From positions 744,001-808,000 of the forward strand of contig OY253676.1 in assembly GCA_958009085.1 (NCBI GenBank): a stretch of 64,000 nucleotides of DNA, in the 5' to 3' direction. The notes under the pieces are model-generated. The model was not told the origin of the DNA. It did no database searches and saw only the letters and a list, made by a program, of their open reading frames with translations. The stretch comes from Protoeuglena noctilucae. Lineage: Eukaryota. Each line of letters begins with the position of its first letter. Position 1 is the first letter of the stretch. A program made the translations under genes and the position numbers. Positions 36,601 to 47,700 of this stretch are shown here, piece by piece.

Positions 36601-39283
36601 GTGAAGGACCTCTTGGATTCCGTGGACGACATCGATGACCTCCCCGTCAACGTGCTGTTCATACTCGAGGTGAGTGAGATGATGGTGGGTTGTTGATAGG
36701 GAAGACGTGTTGTGTATTGGTGGCAGTCATTTGTTTGGCACGTTAGGTGGTCATGAATTGTCATTTTCATCGTATTTCTCCTCTTCATCACCTGTCTCAC
36801 CCCTTCTTACCCCCTGCTAGCTCACCCAATCTCTCATCCCTCTCAACCCCACTCACTTAGTCACTATCCACTCACCGCCTTCCTTCCCTCTCTCCACCAG
36901 GGCGAAGAGGAGACGGGCTCCCGCGGCTTCTCCGCCGCCTTCCAGCGATACCAGCACTGGATGGAGGGCGTGACGATGGTCGTGGTGTCCAACACTTTCT
37001 GGATGGGGGAGCGTGTGCCGTGCGTCACGGTCGGCATGCGCGGGATGATCAATCTGTCCATCGAGGTGTCCGGGCCAAGGCGCGACGTCCACTCCGGCAA
37101 CGACGGGGGGCTCTTCAATGAGCCATTCGCGGATTTGACTAAGCTACTGGCAAGCCTCGTCGATGCGCAGGTGAGAGGGTCACCAGACACCAGTGGGTGT
37201 GGGTGTGGGTGTGGGTGCGGGTGTGGGTGTGGGTGTGGGTGTGGGTGTGGTGGGTGTTGATGTGAAGTCTGGGTGCGCGGGGGAATTGCGCACAACAACC
37301 CTGTTGTTGTGTGCCAGCCGGCCCCACTCACGCCCCGCCCTTTCACCCAAACCGCAGAGTTACTCCACGATCCCCGGGTTCTACGACGACGTCCGCGACA
37401 TTCCCATCGAGTCGATCCAAGCGGAACTGGACGGGTCAGACGAAGTGACGGTGGCGGGGGTGCTGAGGGACCTGGGGGTGGCGTCACTCACGGTGGCGTC
37501 GGACGAAGCAGCCGCAGTGATGCACCGGCGGTGGTGCTGCCCGACGCTCTCCATCACAGACGTGCGCATCAACCCGCGGCAGGCGGGGGCAGACGGGGCG
37601 AGTGGCGGTGCGGGTGCGGGTGCGGGTGCGGGTGCGGGTGCGGGTGCGGGAGCGGGTGCGGGTGCGGGTGCGGGTGCGGGTGCGGGTGCGGGTGCGGGTG
37701 CGGGAGCGGGTGCGGGTGCGGGTGCGGGTGCGGGTGCGGGTGCGGGTGCGGGTGCGGGTGCGGGTGCGGGTGCGGTTGCGGGTGCGGGTGCGGGTGCGGG
37801 TGCGGGTGCGGGTGCGGGTGCGGGTGCGGGTGCGGGTGCGGGAGCGGGTGTGGGTGGCAGTGGTGGTGGGTGTGCTGGGACGGTGTCTTTCGGTCCCACT
37901 CGCTTCTCCGTCATCCCTCGGAGCGTCGTGGGCCACGTGTCGGTGAGGATTCGCGTTGCAAATGCGCGCTGTTGAAACTGCGATGACATGCGCGCATTTA
38001 TGGATGACGGTCATGGCTGTCAGATAGAGATGCCATCTGTTGTCATACATGCATGGATGGTGGTGGTATTAAAACTTATATCTAATTTGACTCACGTCGT
38101 CTGCAGATCCGCTACGTGCCTGACCAGTCCAGCTCCCGCATCATCTCCCGCCTCCACCAGCACATCCAGCACGAGTTCTACAAGCTGCGGTCGCCCAACC
38201 ACGGTGCGTGCATCATGCTTAAGAACGGAGTCCCAATCCACCCGCCCGCTCTCTTCCAGCTCATCAAACACCATCAACCCCACCCCACGGTGCGCGTCAC
38301 ACTCCACCACCCCCACCCCCACCCCCACCACCACCACCCCCATCGCAGTGTGCATCGCACTCCACCACCACCCACCCCCAATCGCCCCCATTGCAATACG
38401 CATCAGTCCACCACTACCGCCCTCACCGTCACCCCCAATCGCCCCCATCGCAGTGCGCATCACCGTGCGGTCGTCCGGGTCCTGGTGGGAGGCCGACGTG
38501 GAGTCTGAGCTGGTGCATTGCGTGGATGCCGCGATTGAGCGCGTATGGGGCCAGCGGCCCAGGCACGTGAGAGAGGGTGGTACCATGCCAGTCACCAGCG
38601 AATTGGAGAACCTGCTCAAGGCACCTGCGGTCCTGGTGCCGTTTGGGCAGGCCAGCGACAGGTGAGAGGGTGTGGGTGTGAGTTGGGGTGTGATTGTGAG
38701 TCTGAGTGTGGGTTAGCCCTGACCCTGCCCACCGCCTCACCAGTCCAACACCTCACCGCGACCCCTCCCTGTCACCCGTCACCGTTACCTCCCCGCCCCC
38801 CGCACCCCTGCAGCACCGCCACCCTCACCGTCACCCCTCACTCTCACCTCCCTGCCTTTGCCTCCTCGCAGCACCCACCTCCCGAACGAGCGCCTGCGTC
38901 TGGTGAACCTCCTCCGCGGCCGCGACGTGATCCGCGAGATGCTCGAGGGCGTTGGGCGACTGGCCCAGGAAGGCGCATTACCCGACCCCCAGCGAAGGGA
39001 CTTCCGGCCACGAGGGGACCTCACCACGCAGTCCGTGATGACGCTGGGGAAGGTAGTAGGGCCCGCGAAGGCAGAGGCGGTGTCGGGGATCTGCGGAGTC
39101 ATTGCGAACGGGTGCGGGGAGGAGTGCGTGGGGAACGGGGCGGGGCGGGGCGGGGTGCGGGGTGCAGGCGCGGGGATAGGCGAGGGAAAGGGCTTGAGTC
39201 GGGGTGGCCACGGGCACGGGTCCGTGGAGCTGGTGTACCAGTGGAATGCGGGGGTGGGCTGCGGGGGTGGCGCACATACATAG
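30643..39283 (+). CDS. Fusion protein: Dug3-like class II glutamine amidotransferase, WD40 repeats and Dug2-like M20 peptidase domain
   Basis: GATase: MCRL (Cys2 nucleophile), NGDGFGIGWY, TPAWNNLNL, FAHVRAA, NCHPF, FMHNG, IASEPIT. WD40: SSSMDCTIQ|VWD, TASTDSTVRVWD, SGGRDNAIRVWD. M20: YGHYDVQPA, GRGVSDNKGP, EGEEETGS, HSG, REGGTMP, GQASD|STHLPNER. About 18 exons join in phase. Confidence 0.88.
37607..37846 (+). repeat. (GGTGCG)n hexamer tandem repeat, 40 units, encoding poly(Gly-Ala)
   Basis: 240 bp near-perfect tandem array with a few GGAGCG/GTTGCG variants, in frame within the M20 exon. Confidence 0.95.
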
Positions 39284-41444
39284 GTGGCGAACGTGGGCGG
39301 GAGCGTGTGGGTTGCGGTGTCAGCAGCAAATGCTGGGGCTGGGTGCCTGGGTCGGGGTGCGGGAGCGTCGTGGGGTGATCCAATATGCGGCAGGCGCTGG
39401 CTACACCTCGGTTGCACGGATCTGACGTTTCATACTGGCGTTTCGATCAGGGCGCTCTTGGCACCCTGCCCAATGTTAACCGACCATAGCGCGTTCTATC
39501 TTCCCATGCTTCTGTCCTTCTGCTCTCGTGTGCTCATCCCATGACACGTCGCAGCCCTGTCGCATGCGTTTTCTGACGCGGCCTCCCTCGATGTTCACAC
39601 TCCTGTTTCACAGCAAGCGCGCCGCACTCTTTGTGAGTTCGAACTCTCTTTCTTCTGAAGCGCGTTGCGAAGGGCCCTCGGCCACCCGCACGTTGTCTTA
39701 CTTGCCGACTCATCGCCGTTTGAAACGCACCGACACCAGCACCAGCACTGCAACGGCATTTGACGACACCGTCTTGCGATCTCTCCTGTTCAGCCATGTT
39801 CCGCGCCCCTGGCCCACACCCACGCCTGTGTCACATGACAGTGAACTACTGCCAGCCCCTCATGATGACATCACGACCCCACCAGCCCCATCAGCGCCTG
39901 CAACCGCCCAGCGCACGTCTGCGTTGGTCATGGTAGCCACCTAGACCAGCCATCGAAGCCCCTTGCAACGACGATGCGATCGACGCGTGTCCGGTGTGCC
40001 GCCTGTCCCACCGTGGGTATCCCATACCCACAGGTGCAGCGGTGGCGCTGGGTGGGTGGGTGCGCTGCATGGCTGTCTCTACTGGTGGGTCAGCGTTGCT
40101 GATGGGCATCCCATCGCCAGGTGGCTATTGATATAGACACCCTGCACTGCCTCTTCGCTACCGCGGTCGCTTGGAATGCGAATCCAGTCGCCCGAAGGTC
40201 GACGGTGGCATCCTGGGCCAACGACCCGCGGGCTCGCCCAGCCCTAATAGGAAGGGAGTTTGTTGCTTGTCCCAGATGTAAGCACGACAAGCCACTGGTG
40301 AGCCGGGCCACCCGCCGCGGTGGGCGAGGCCACGAGAGCGCGGAGGGAGGGAAACGGCGAAGGGGCAAGCTTCATGCAGTCCGTACGCGGCCAGAGGCCG
40401 GCGCCGACACCGCGCAAGGGTCCAGGCGCAGACAACACAACAAACTCAAAAGCCTCGTGCGACTTCCGGGGCTCGCTTGTCGCCCACGACGCTGCTCGAG
40501 GCCACAGTAATGCTGCGCTGTTCAGAGGACGATGCCGCGTTGCCGCATGGTCCGCGAAGGCATCGGGATGTGCAACGCACGCAGCTCGTTGCACGGAATG
40601 TGTGCGAGTTCGTAGGTCGTCGCACAGACTTGGATCCGGCGTTGCGTTAGCGACGGTTTCTGGGTAGGTTTCGCCCGACGCAGCCCCATATCCGCCCTTC
40701 GGTGGCCGCGGCGATGGGTAGTTTGGATCCATTCCATCGGCCAGGTACCGCCTCGCTGCATCCCCGACGAACCAGTGGTCCCCACCGTGGCAGTGCTGGG
40801 CCCGTTGCTCCGTGGCGCACACGCGCCTGGTGGGGGCCGTGCGGAGCGCAGCGCGGGGTCCGGTGTAGACTGCGATCGTTTGTCCGCGTATGGATGTGGT
40901 TGTTTGGTCGAGACTTGCCTCTGTATGCTGCGAGGGTCCTTGTAGTGGCCACCGCTGGCATTGGAAAGCTCCGTTGGTTGTGCCAAGCGAGGCATCTTGA
41001 GCACTTGCGTGCGAGTGGGTGGGGCGTCGGTGGATGTGGTGCGTGGCGAGGCTATGCGAGCCCAGCGCACCTGGGGGTCTGGGCGAGGGCGCTGCCACAG
41101 CCTGTGGCCGCCGGCAGCGGGAGTGGCAGGGGCGTCAAGTGCATGCGGATGCCCTGTGAGTAGAGGATGGTCGCGGGCATGGCGTGGCGCGCTTGCATAG
41201 CTTGTCACTAAAACGAACACACATTGAGCATCGTCGCCCATGCAGATGGATGGTGGCCCGCGGTCGGATACAGGCTGCTGGCTGAGCTGGTGGTGTTCAG
41301 TGGTTACCGGCCGGACGAGGCCCTCACTTTGGGGGAGGCAATCACCCTGTACGACGTCCTGGTGAGCGGGTCGTGGGCAGGCGGAGGATGATGGGGGATG
41401 CTCTTTGACTCGTGCCCTAAGTGGTGGCAAGACCTTCCATCCTT

Positions 41445-43621
41445 ATGTCGCCATCGCCGCAGGACACCACGTTGGGCCGGCAGCTGTCGGGGGCCTGGGC
41501 CGACGGCCGTGGGTTTAGTGCCATTTCAAGGGCTAGGGTCAGTCAAAGCTTCAAGGACGCCCTTGCCGCCTGTCTGGTCTCACTCGATCGCCAAGAGGTG
41601 GGCCCGGCCACGGACGAAGAGCGGGCCGCCATCGATGCGGCGGTGGCGGAGGTGCGGCAGTCGGGAGCATATGCGACTGGGCAGGCGGCGGAGGGGGATG
41701 GGAAGGGCGGGGAGGGCAGGGGCGTCATGGACTTGTTCGCAGCGGTCAAGGCGAGTTCCAACGTATGGAAAGATGTGGGGTGCATGGCCCTGCAGGCTTG
41801 TCGCTTCATCACCGCCCATCTACTGCGATGCCGCAGGCGCACCTGGACGGGAAGGGTCTCCTCGGGCCGGGGTGGAGCCCCGGGCGTGTGCGGCTGTGTT
41901 GGGAGGCGGGGCAGGCGGCCAAGCGCCGGGTGTTGGCGGGCCAGATGCGCTTCACCGATGACGAGATCGACGCCGTGGCTCAGGTGCTGCAGAGCGACCC
42001 GGACATCCGCTTTGCGCCCATGGCCGTCAAGGTGAGGGAGCTCACAGCACCCATACACACAAACACACCCACACACACACCGAAGCGTGGTCGACGTGAG
42101 ATGGTGCGTTGTGCGTGTTTGGTCCACAGGCCGCCGCACTGGATTTGTTGCGGGAGCGGGTTTGCACCGTGGGTGATTTGCATCATGCCGGGGTCTCGTC
42201 GATGCGCGAGCTGGTGAAGAGTTTTCGAAAGGGGCGCCGCCAGGTGGGTGGCACCCGTCCTGGCCGCGCCCGTGGTTCCTTGTCGCAACCGTGGACCAAA
42301 GAGGAGGTGGACAAGCTGGTCAAGCTGACGTCGGAGGGAGTATCGAAGGTACGGCTGCTTGCCTCCAAGTCAGCCGACGCGTGGCACTGACTGCAGTGCG
42401 CCTTGCAGACGCACGCTGGCTGTGCGACCCCCGCAGAAGGACATGGTCGGCTTCTTTCCCGGCCGATCTGTGAATTCCATCGAGAACAAAATGCGCGACA
42501 TGACCGTCTACAGCGACTGGAGGCGCCTGAAGGACGCGTGCGGCGACGATTGGGCCGACGAGAGGACCCAGCGCCTCATCCAGGCCATCAAGGGCATCGT
42601 TGGGGGCCTGGAGCAGGGCATGCCAGCGGAGCTGCGGGACAAGGAGGTGCTGTACCGGTTGTCGCAGCGGGCGGACCTCAGGGAGTGCTGGGGTCGCCAG
42701 CGCATCTTGATGGTGAGCGAGCGAGGCCACACAAATCACTGCGCGGGGGCAGGGCGTTGGATGCCACGCCTTGCTCTCTCATCACACAACATGCCCAGCA
42801 TCTCTGCTCGCAGTTTGCGCTGTGGGAGTGCGGCGTGTGCATGGACTACACACTGAAGGCTGCCAGTGATGCGGTCCAGCACAACACACAGCAGGCTCAG
42901 CAGGGGAGGCAGCTTCGTTACGCATTGCCCGAGCTGCGAGATATGATCGACGGGGAGGTGCAGCGGCCTCTTCGGGAGGTCCTGGGACTGGACGAGGGCG
43001 TGGCGCTCCCTGACGCTGAGGAGGTCAGCCGAGTGTTGAAAGAGCTGGGGGACAAGAAAGTGTGGGGCTGGCGCGGCAACGCCACCAGAACCATTGCGGT
43101 GAGTGAGACAGCGGTGTGAGTGGCCTGTGCCAAGGGCGTGCAGCTGGCGCAAGGAACGGCCCTTTTCCATCAGCCGTCGCAGAAGAGCTTCGAGAGGCAG
43201 ATGAGGGAGTGGGACCTGTCTCAAGAGTGGTCGCTTAGAACTCTTCGGGATCTTGCCCGCGAGGATATAACCAAGCACGCGGGCCCGGGACTGGTAATTT
43301 GCAAGCCGAGGAAGGGCGACTGGTCGAGGAAAGAGAACGACGTCTTGCGCGATGTGATGCGCACAGCGCGACCCAACGAGCCCGTCGCTCGACTCGCGGT
43401 GAGTGCCGCGGCTGCGGGGAGCCAGCGGCCAGCAGCCCGGCAGCGCTGGGGACGCGCAGGCACCCATGCACCCACGCACACCCATGCACCCCCGTACAAC
43501 CGGTGCCCCACAGGACAAGGCATCAGAGCGCATCAAAGGGCGCACTTGGAGAGGCATTCAGAGCCGCTTGCTGAAACTCAGAAGGACTGAAGGCGCCAGC
43601 GTTCCCATGCTCGCGGAGTAA
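41445..43621 (+). CDS. Myb/SANT-domain protein
   Basis: QPWTKEEVDKLVKLTSEGVSK|KDMVGFFPGRSVNSIENK and RKGDWSRKENDVLRDVMR...IKGRTWRGIQSRLLKL are two Myb-like repeats. The gene is multi-exon and may extend further upstream. Confidence 0.6.
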
Positions 43622-44713
43622 AGGCTTCCGCCAATGGCATCGCCCTTGCGTGGGCGTGTGCGTTTGTACGTGAGAGCATGTATGCAGCACTGGTTCTGTT
43701 GTGCATGTGATGCGACGATAGGTGTGCATGTCTAGGTATAAGGGAGTCAGGTTTTATGGTATCGCCTCTGAGGGCGCGTTTAGCTTTGGTGCATGCATTA
43801 CGCACCCTGCAGGCTTCGCTGGCGAGGGCAGGATCAGCTGTCAATGCGCTTGAAGGACAAGCTGAGTACGGCACAGCCTTGCAGGGTCAGATCGTGACAA
43901 CGCAAGCAGGCGCCTCACCTGTGAACACCACCAGCCCCATCCGCCCCCATCCGCCGTCGTGACGCCGGCCTGGCATCGCTGCTGTGATGTATTTCTGCTT
44001 ATGCGTCTCGCAACCGCCCACATCGGCCCCGCAACGCTGCGACGCGAACGCGCAAGCTCCCAGCGCAGTGGCATGACACCTGTGGATTCCGGCTCGATCG
44101 GCGCGCGCGATTGCGGGCCGCGGGTCAGCCTCGCACTCGATGGCTTGTGCGATGAGCGCTGCGCCGGGCCCGAGCCCCGCGGTCGGTGCCCGGGGGAGCG
44201 CGGGGGAGGCCCCGTGCCGGTTGCGCGCCAGGCCAGCAATGGTGCTGCTGTCTGCGCCGGTGCCCGCCACTCGGTGCACCACTCGGGTGTGTTTGTCATG
44301 AATGAGGTCCTTGCACCCGAGGAGCGGCCGAAACGACGCGCAGGCAGCCAGCTGCATGTGCGTCGCAGGCGAGCCCTGTTGATCTGGCCAGCCCGCACGG
44401 CAGTGGCGCTGCGCGGGTCGGTCAAGCTAGCCGTCCTCCCATCCATCGCCAGGGTGTGCGAGACGGGCCGTGCGGCGCCTGGCAAGCGGAAATGGCATGT
44501 TTTCTTAGTTGTTGACTCACTCAAGCCCATTCTTTAACAAAGGGTGATTGTGCTGGGCGCTAGCTTTGCGAGGATCGCCGCGTGACGAGTAGCTATCGCG
44601 GGTGCAGGGTATTTCAATATATTAGTGGCGTCCTGTGCGTCTTTTCACATCCATCGCCTGAGGGGATCGACACTGTCCCCACAGCACCCCTATAATTGTC
44701 ATAGTGGTCGCAG

Positions 44714-47700
44714 CTATGGTCCACCGGTAATGGTGACCGCCGGGTGCCACTCGAGCGATGCCAGAATGCCGTCCAGCCCCCTCGGCCCCAGCTGACCGTC
44801 CCTGGCACAGAGAGCCGCTGCGGGGGTCGAGGGCGAAGCAATGTTCGTTTACATTGCAAGTGTATATTCGATACAAAGACGTAGAATTCGATTTTTTGTA
44901 TTACCCATCCACTCAGTCCACCGCAGCTGGGTCCGACATCGCACGCTCCATCAACGCACTGTTAACCAGCCCCATCCCCACATCGCGCGTCAAGCCACCG
45001 CCCCGCCCCTCACCGTTCAGCCCCGCCGCATACAGGCACCACTGCTGCGCGTCCGTGCAAGTGAGGTCCACCTCCCCATGCGCCGTGTGCACGCGAATGC
45101 CCAGCGACCCCTGCCCCCTTAGCGCCCCCGCCGCCAGCTCGCATCCCTGCACGACGTATTCCCTCGCACTCATGCCCAGCATGCCACCCCGATAGGCGAG
45201 GACGATGATGGTGCCACGGCCCGTGTCGCTGGCCTTGAGGACCAGTTGCACACGGCGGTCTGAGCCCTTCTTGTGAGGGGAGCTGCGGCGAGGGTGAGGG
45301 TGAAGGTGAGGGTGGTAGTGAGGGTGGCGGTGAGGGTGGTGGTGAGGTTAGCAGTGAGGGTGAGGGTTAGGGTGGTAGTGAGGGCGCGGGTAGCAGTGAG
45401 GGTGAACATGGCGTGTAAGATCGGAGGCGCGAGTGACGAAGACTCTTGTGCTTTGCGCATGCGCTGCCCACTGCACACCCCTGTCAGCCACCCCTCACCT
45501 GCCGGTCGTGAGCATCTTGTGCTTGTGCATGCGCTGCCCGTCTCTCAGGGTCATGAGCGCGTCCCGCACCCGCAGGGCCAGCACGTTCGGCGCCGACACC
45601 TGCATCCCCTCCCGCAGCATCATCACCACCGCCAGGCGACGGTCCGCCTCGGGGTCCTGCGATTGCGACAGGGATGTCGAGATGAAGTGAGTGTAATATC
45701 ATATACTAATCACTATCATACGGCCCCAATCGATGCGCACTAGCAACCACCCCAGTCATCCCCACCCGCCACCGCTCACCGGCCGGTACGCATTCCAAGC
45801 GCTGTCGTCCTCGGGGGGCCGCCGGGCCCGATCCGAATTACCAGGTCGGAACCCAACCCTCCCACTCCCAGGCCCACCCGGCCCAGCCCCACCCGCCGCA
45901 CCCGCGCCACTCCCCGAACCCGCCCCGCTCGCCGCACCCTTCGCTCCCGCCCCCGCACGCACCGCCGCCTGAACCATCTCTGCCACACCCGGCCCCGCAC
46001 CCACCCCGCCCGCGCGCCCCTCTCGCCCCGCATCCCTCGCCCCGCGATTGGGTGTGGCATCGCCAGCCACCCCGGGTGTACCCGTCCCGCCACGCGCCCC
46101 CGCACCACTCACACCCCCCGCACCCGCACCCGCTGCACCAGCACCCGTACCACCCGCAGTAAACATCGCTCGCAGTCCCCCGCCCGTCGCCGGCCCAGCC
46201 GCGGCTCCCACGGCGGGCAGGCTGCCCACCGGGCTCGCGTCGGCGTCCGACTGCCCCCCGTCTCTCGGCGACAGCAGCTCTTGGTCGATGTGGAAGCGGT
46301 GCACGGCCCCCGTGCCCCGGGAGTCGCTCTCTGCTCTTAAAAGGTCAGCGATGGGGTCGTCCCGGGGAGCGGGGGAGGCCGAGGGGTCGGTGGGGGAGGA
46401 GCGGAGGAGGTTGCCGGCCAGGGAGACTGCGGGGGTGGAGTGGGTGGGTGGATATGGACAGGTAGAGATAATGTGAAACAATAATTCCCAGCCATAAGTG
46501 TGACCCATCCATACGCATCGCCACACCCCCTGTACCCATCTCACACTGGCCCCATCCGTCACCCTCCCGCCCCTCACCGCTCTGCGACACCCCGCTGCTG
46601 TCCTTGGCCCCGCTGACCACCTCGCTCGGCACCGCCACCCTCGGCCAGTCCGCGCCCTTCGCCCCCGCAGCCCCCGCCGCCCCGCTCGCCGCCTGCCCCT
46701 GCCCCTGCGCCTGATCCGACCCCCGGCCTGCCGCCGCCCCTGAGGCAGCCCGACCGGCGCCGACGGGGCTGCCCGGCTCCGGCCGCGATCGCCGGGACTG
46801 GGCCGGCGACGGTCCCCCGTTGCCCGCGTCGCTTTGGATGGATGACAGGCCCTGGGGGCCGTCCTGGGACTCTGCGCCTGCCTTGGTGGCGGCCTCCTCG
46901 GGGAGGCTGCCCACGGCACGGAGCACGCTGCGGGGGGTGGTGGGGTGGGGAGGTGAGGGCAGACTGAGAGGTGAAGAGAGGCGAGGTGGAGAAGTGAGGG
47001 AAAGGCACGTGGCATGTGCAGATGGCGTGCGAGAGAGGCAAATCCGCAGCTCACCGCTCGTTGCGCTGTCGGTTGCCGGGATGCCACGTGGCGCCCCGAC
47101 CTGCGGCAAAGGACATGTATATGATAAGCAAGTGTGTTATACAATGAAACATGACCACATCATCGACCGCAGTTGCCGTTGCACGCCCCCACCTCCCGCT
47201 TGCGCGTCGTCGGCCAACCCGACATCCACGGCCCCACCCGCACCGTTGCCCCCACCTCCCTCCATCTCCTCGGACCCAGACCCGACCTGCGGGGATCGGA
47301 AATGGACGATCCATGTGACATTGATGATCGTTACTGGATAGAAGCGGATGTGATAACCGTGATGGGATTAGATGACATGTGGAGATAGCGTGCAGTCGAG
47401 GTTCCTATAGATGCAAATTAGAGTCTCACCTGGGACAGCGCCACCCCCGAGTTGCGCCGGCTCCCCACCACGCTGCTCTTGGCCGCGCGGCTGCCCTTGC
47501 CCCGCAGCTCCTTGCGCATCGCTTCCCTCGTGGCATACGACCCGCCCCCACCGCCACCCCCGCCGCCCGCGCCCGCCGCACCCCCAGGCCCCGCGGCACT
47601 CACGCTGTCCATGCTCACGTTGCGCTGGTGTCGGGACATGCGCGTGTTGCGGGGGGCACTCGAGGCGCGGCTGTGCAGCGAGTCCGGGCCAGCTGTCATG

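Noticed and set aside
37484..38050. Alternative-frame poly(RT), poly(VR), poly(AP) and poly(CG) ORFs
   Set aside because: By-products of the hexamer repeat. Only the Gly-Ala frame connects to M20 motifs.
43700..44600. ORFs of 150-230 aa between the Myb gene and the PH-like gene
   Set aside because: No motifs and no convincing splice pattern; probably UTR or intergenic.
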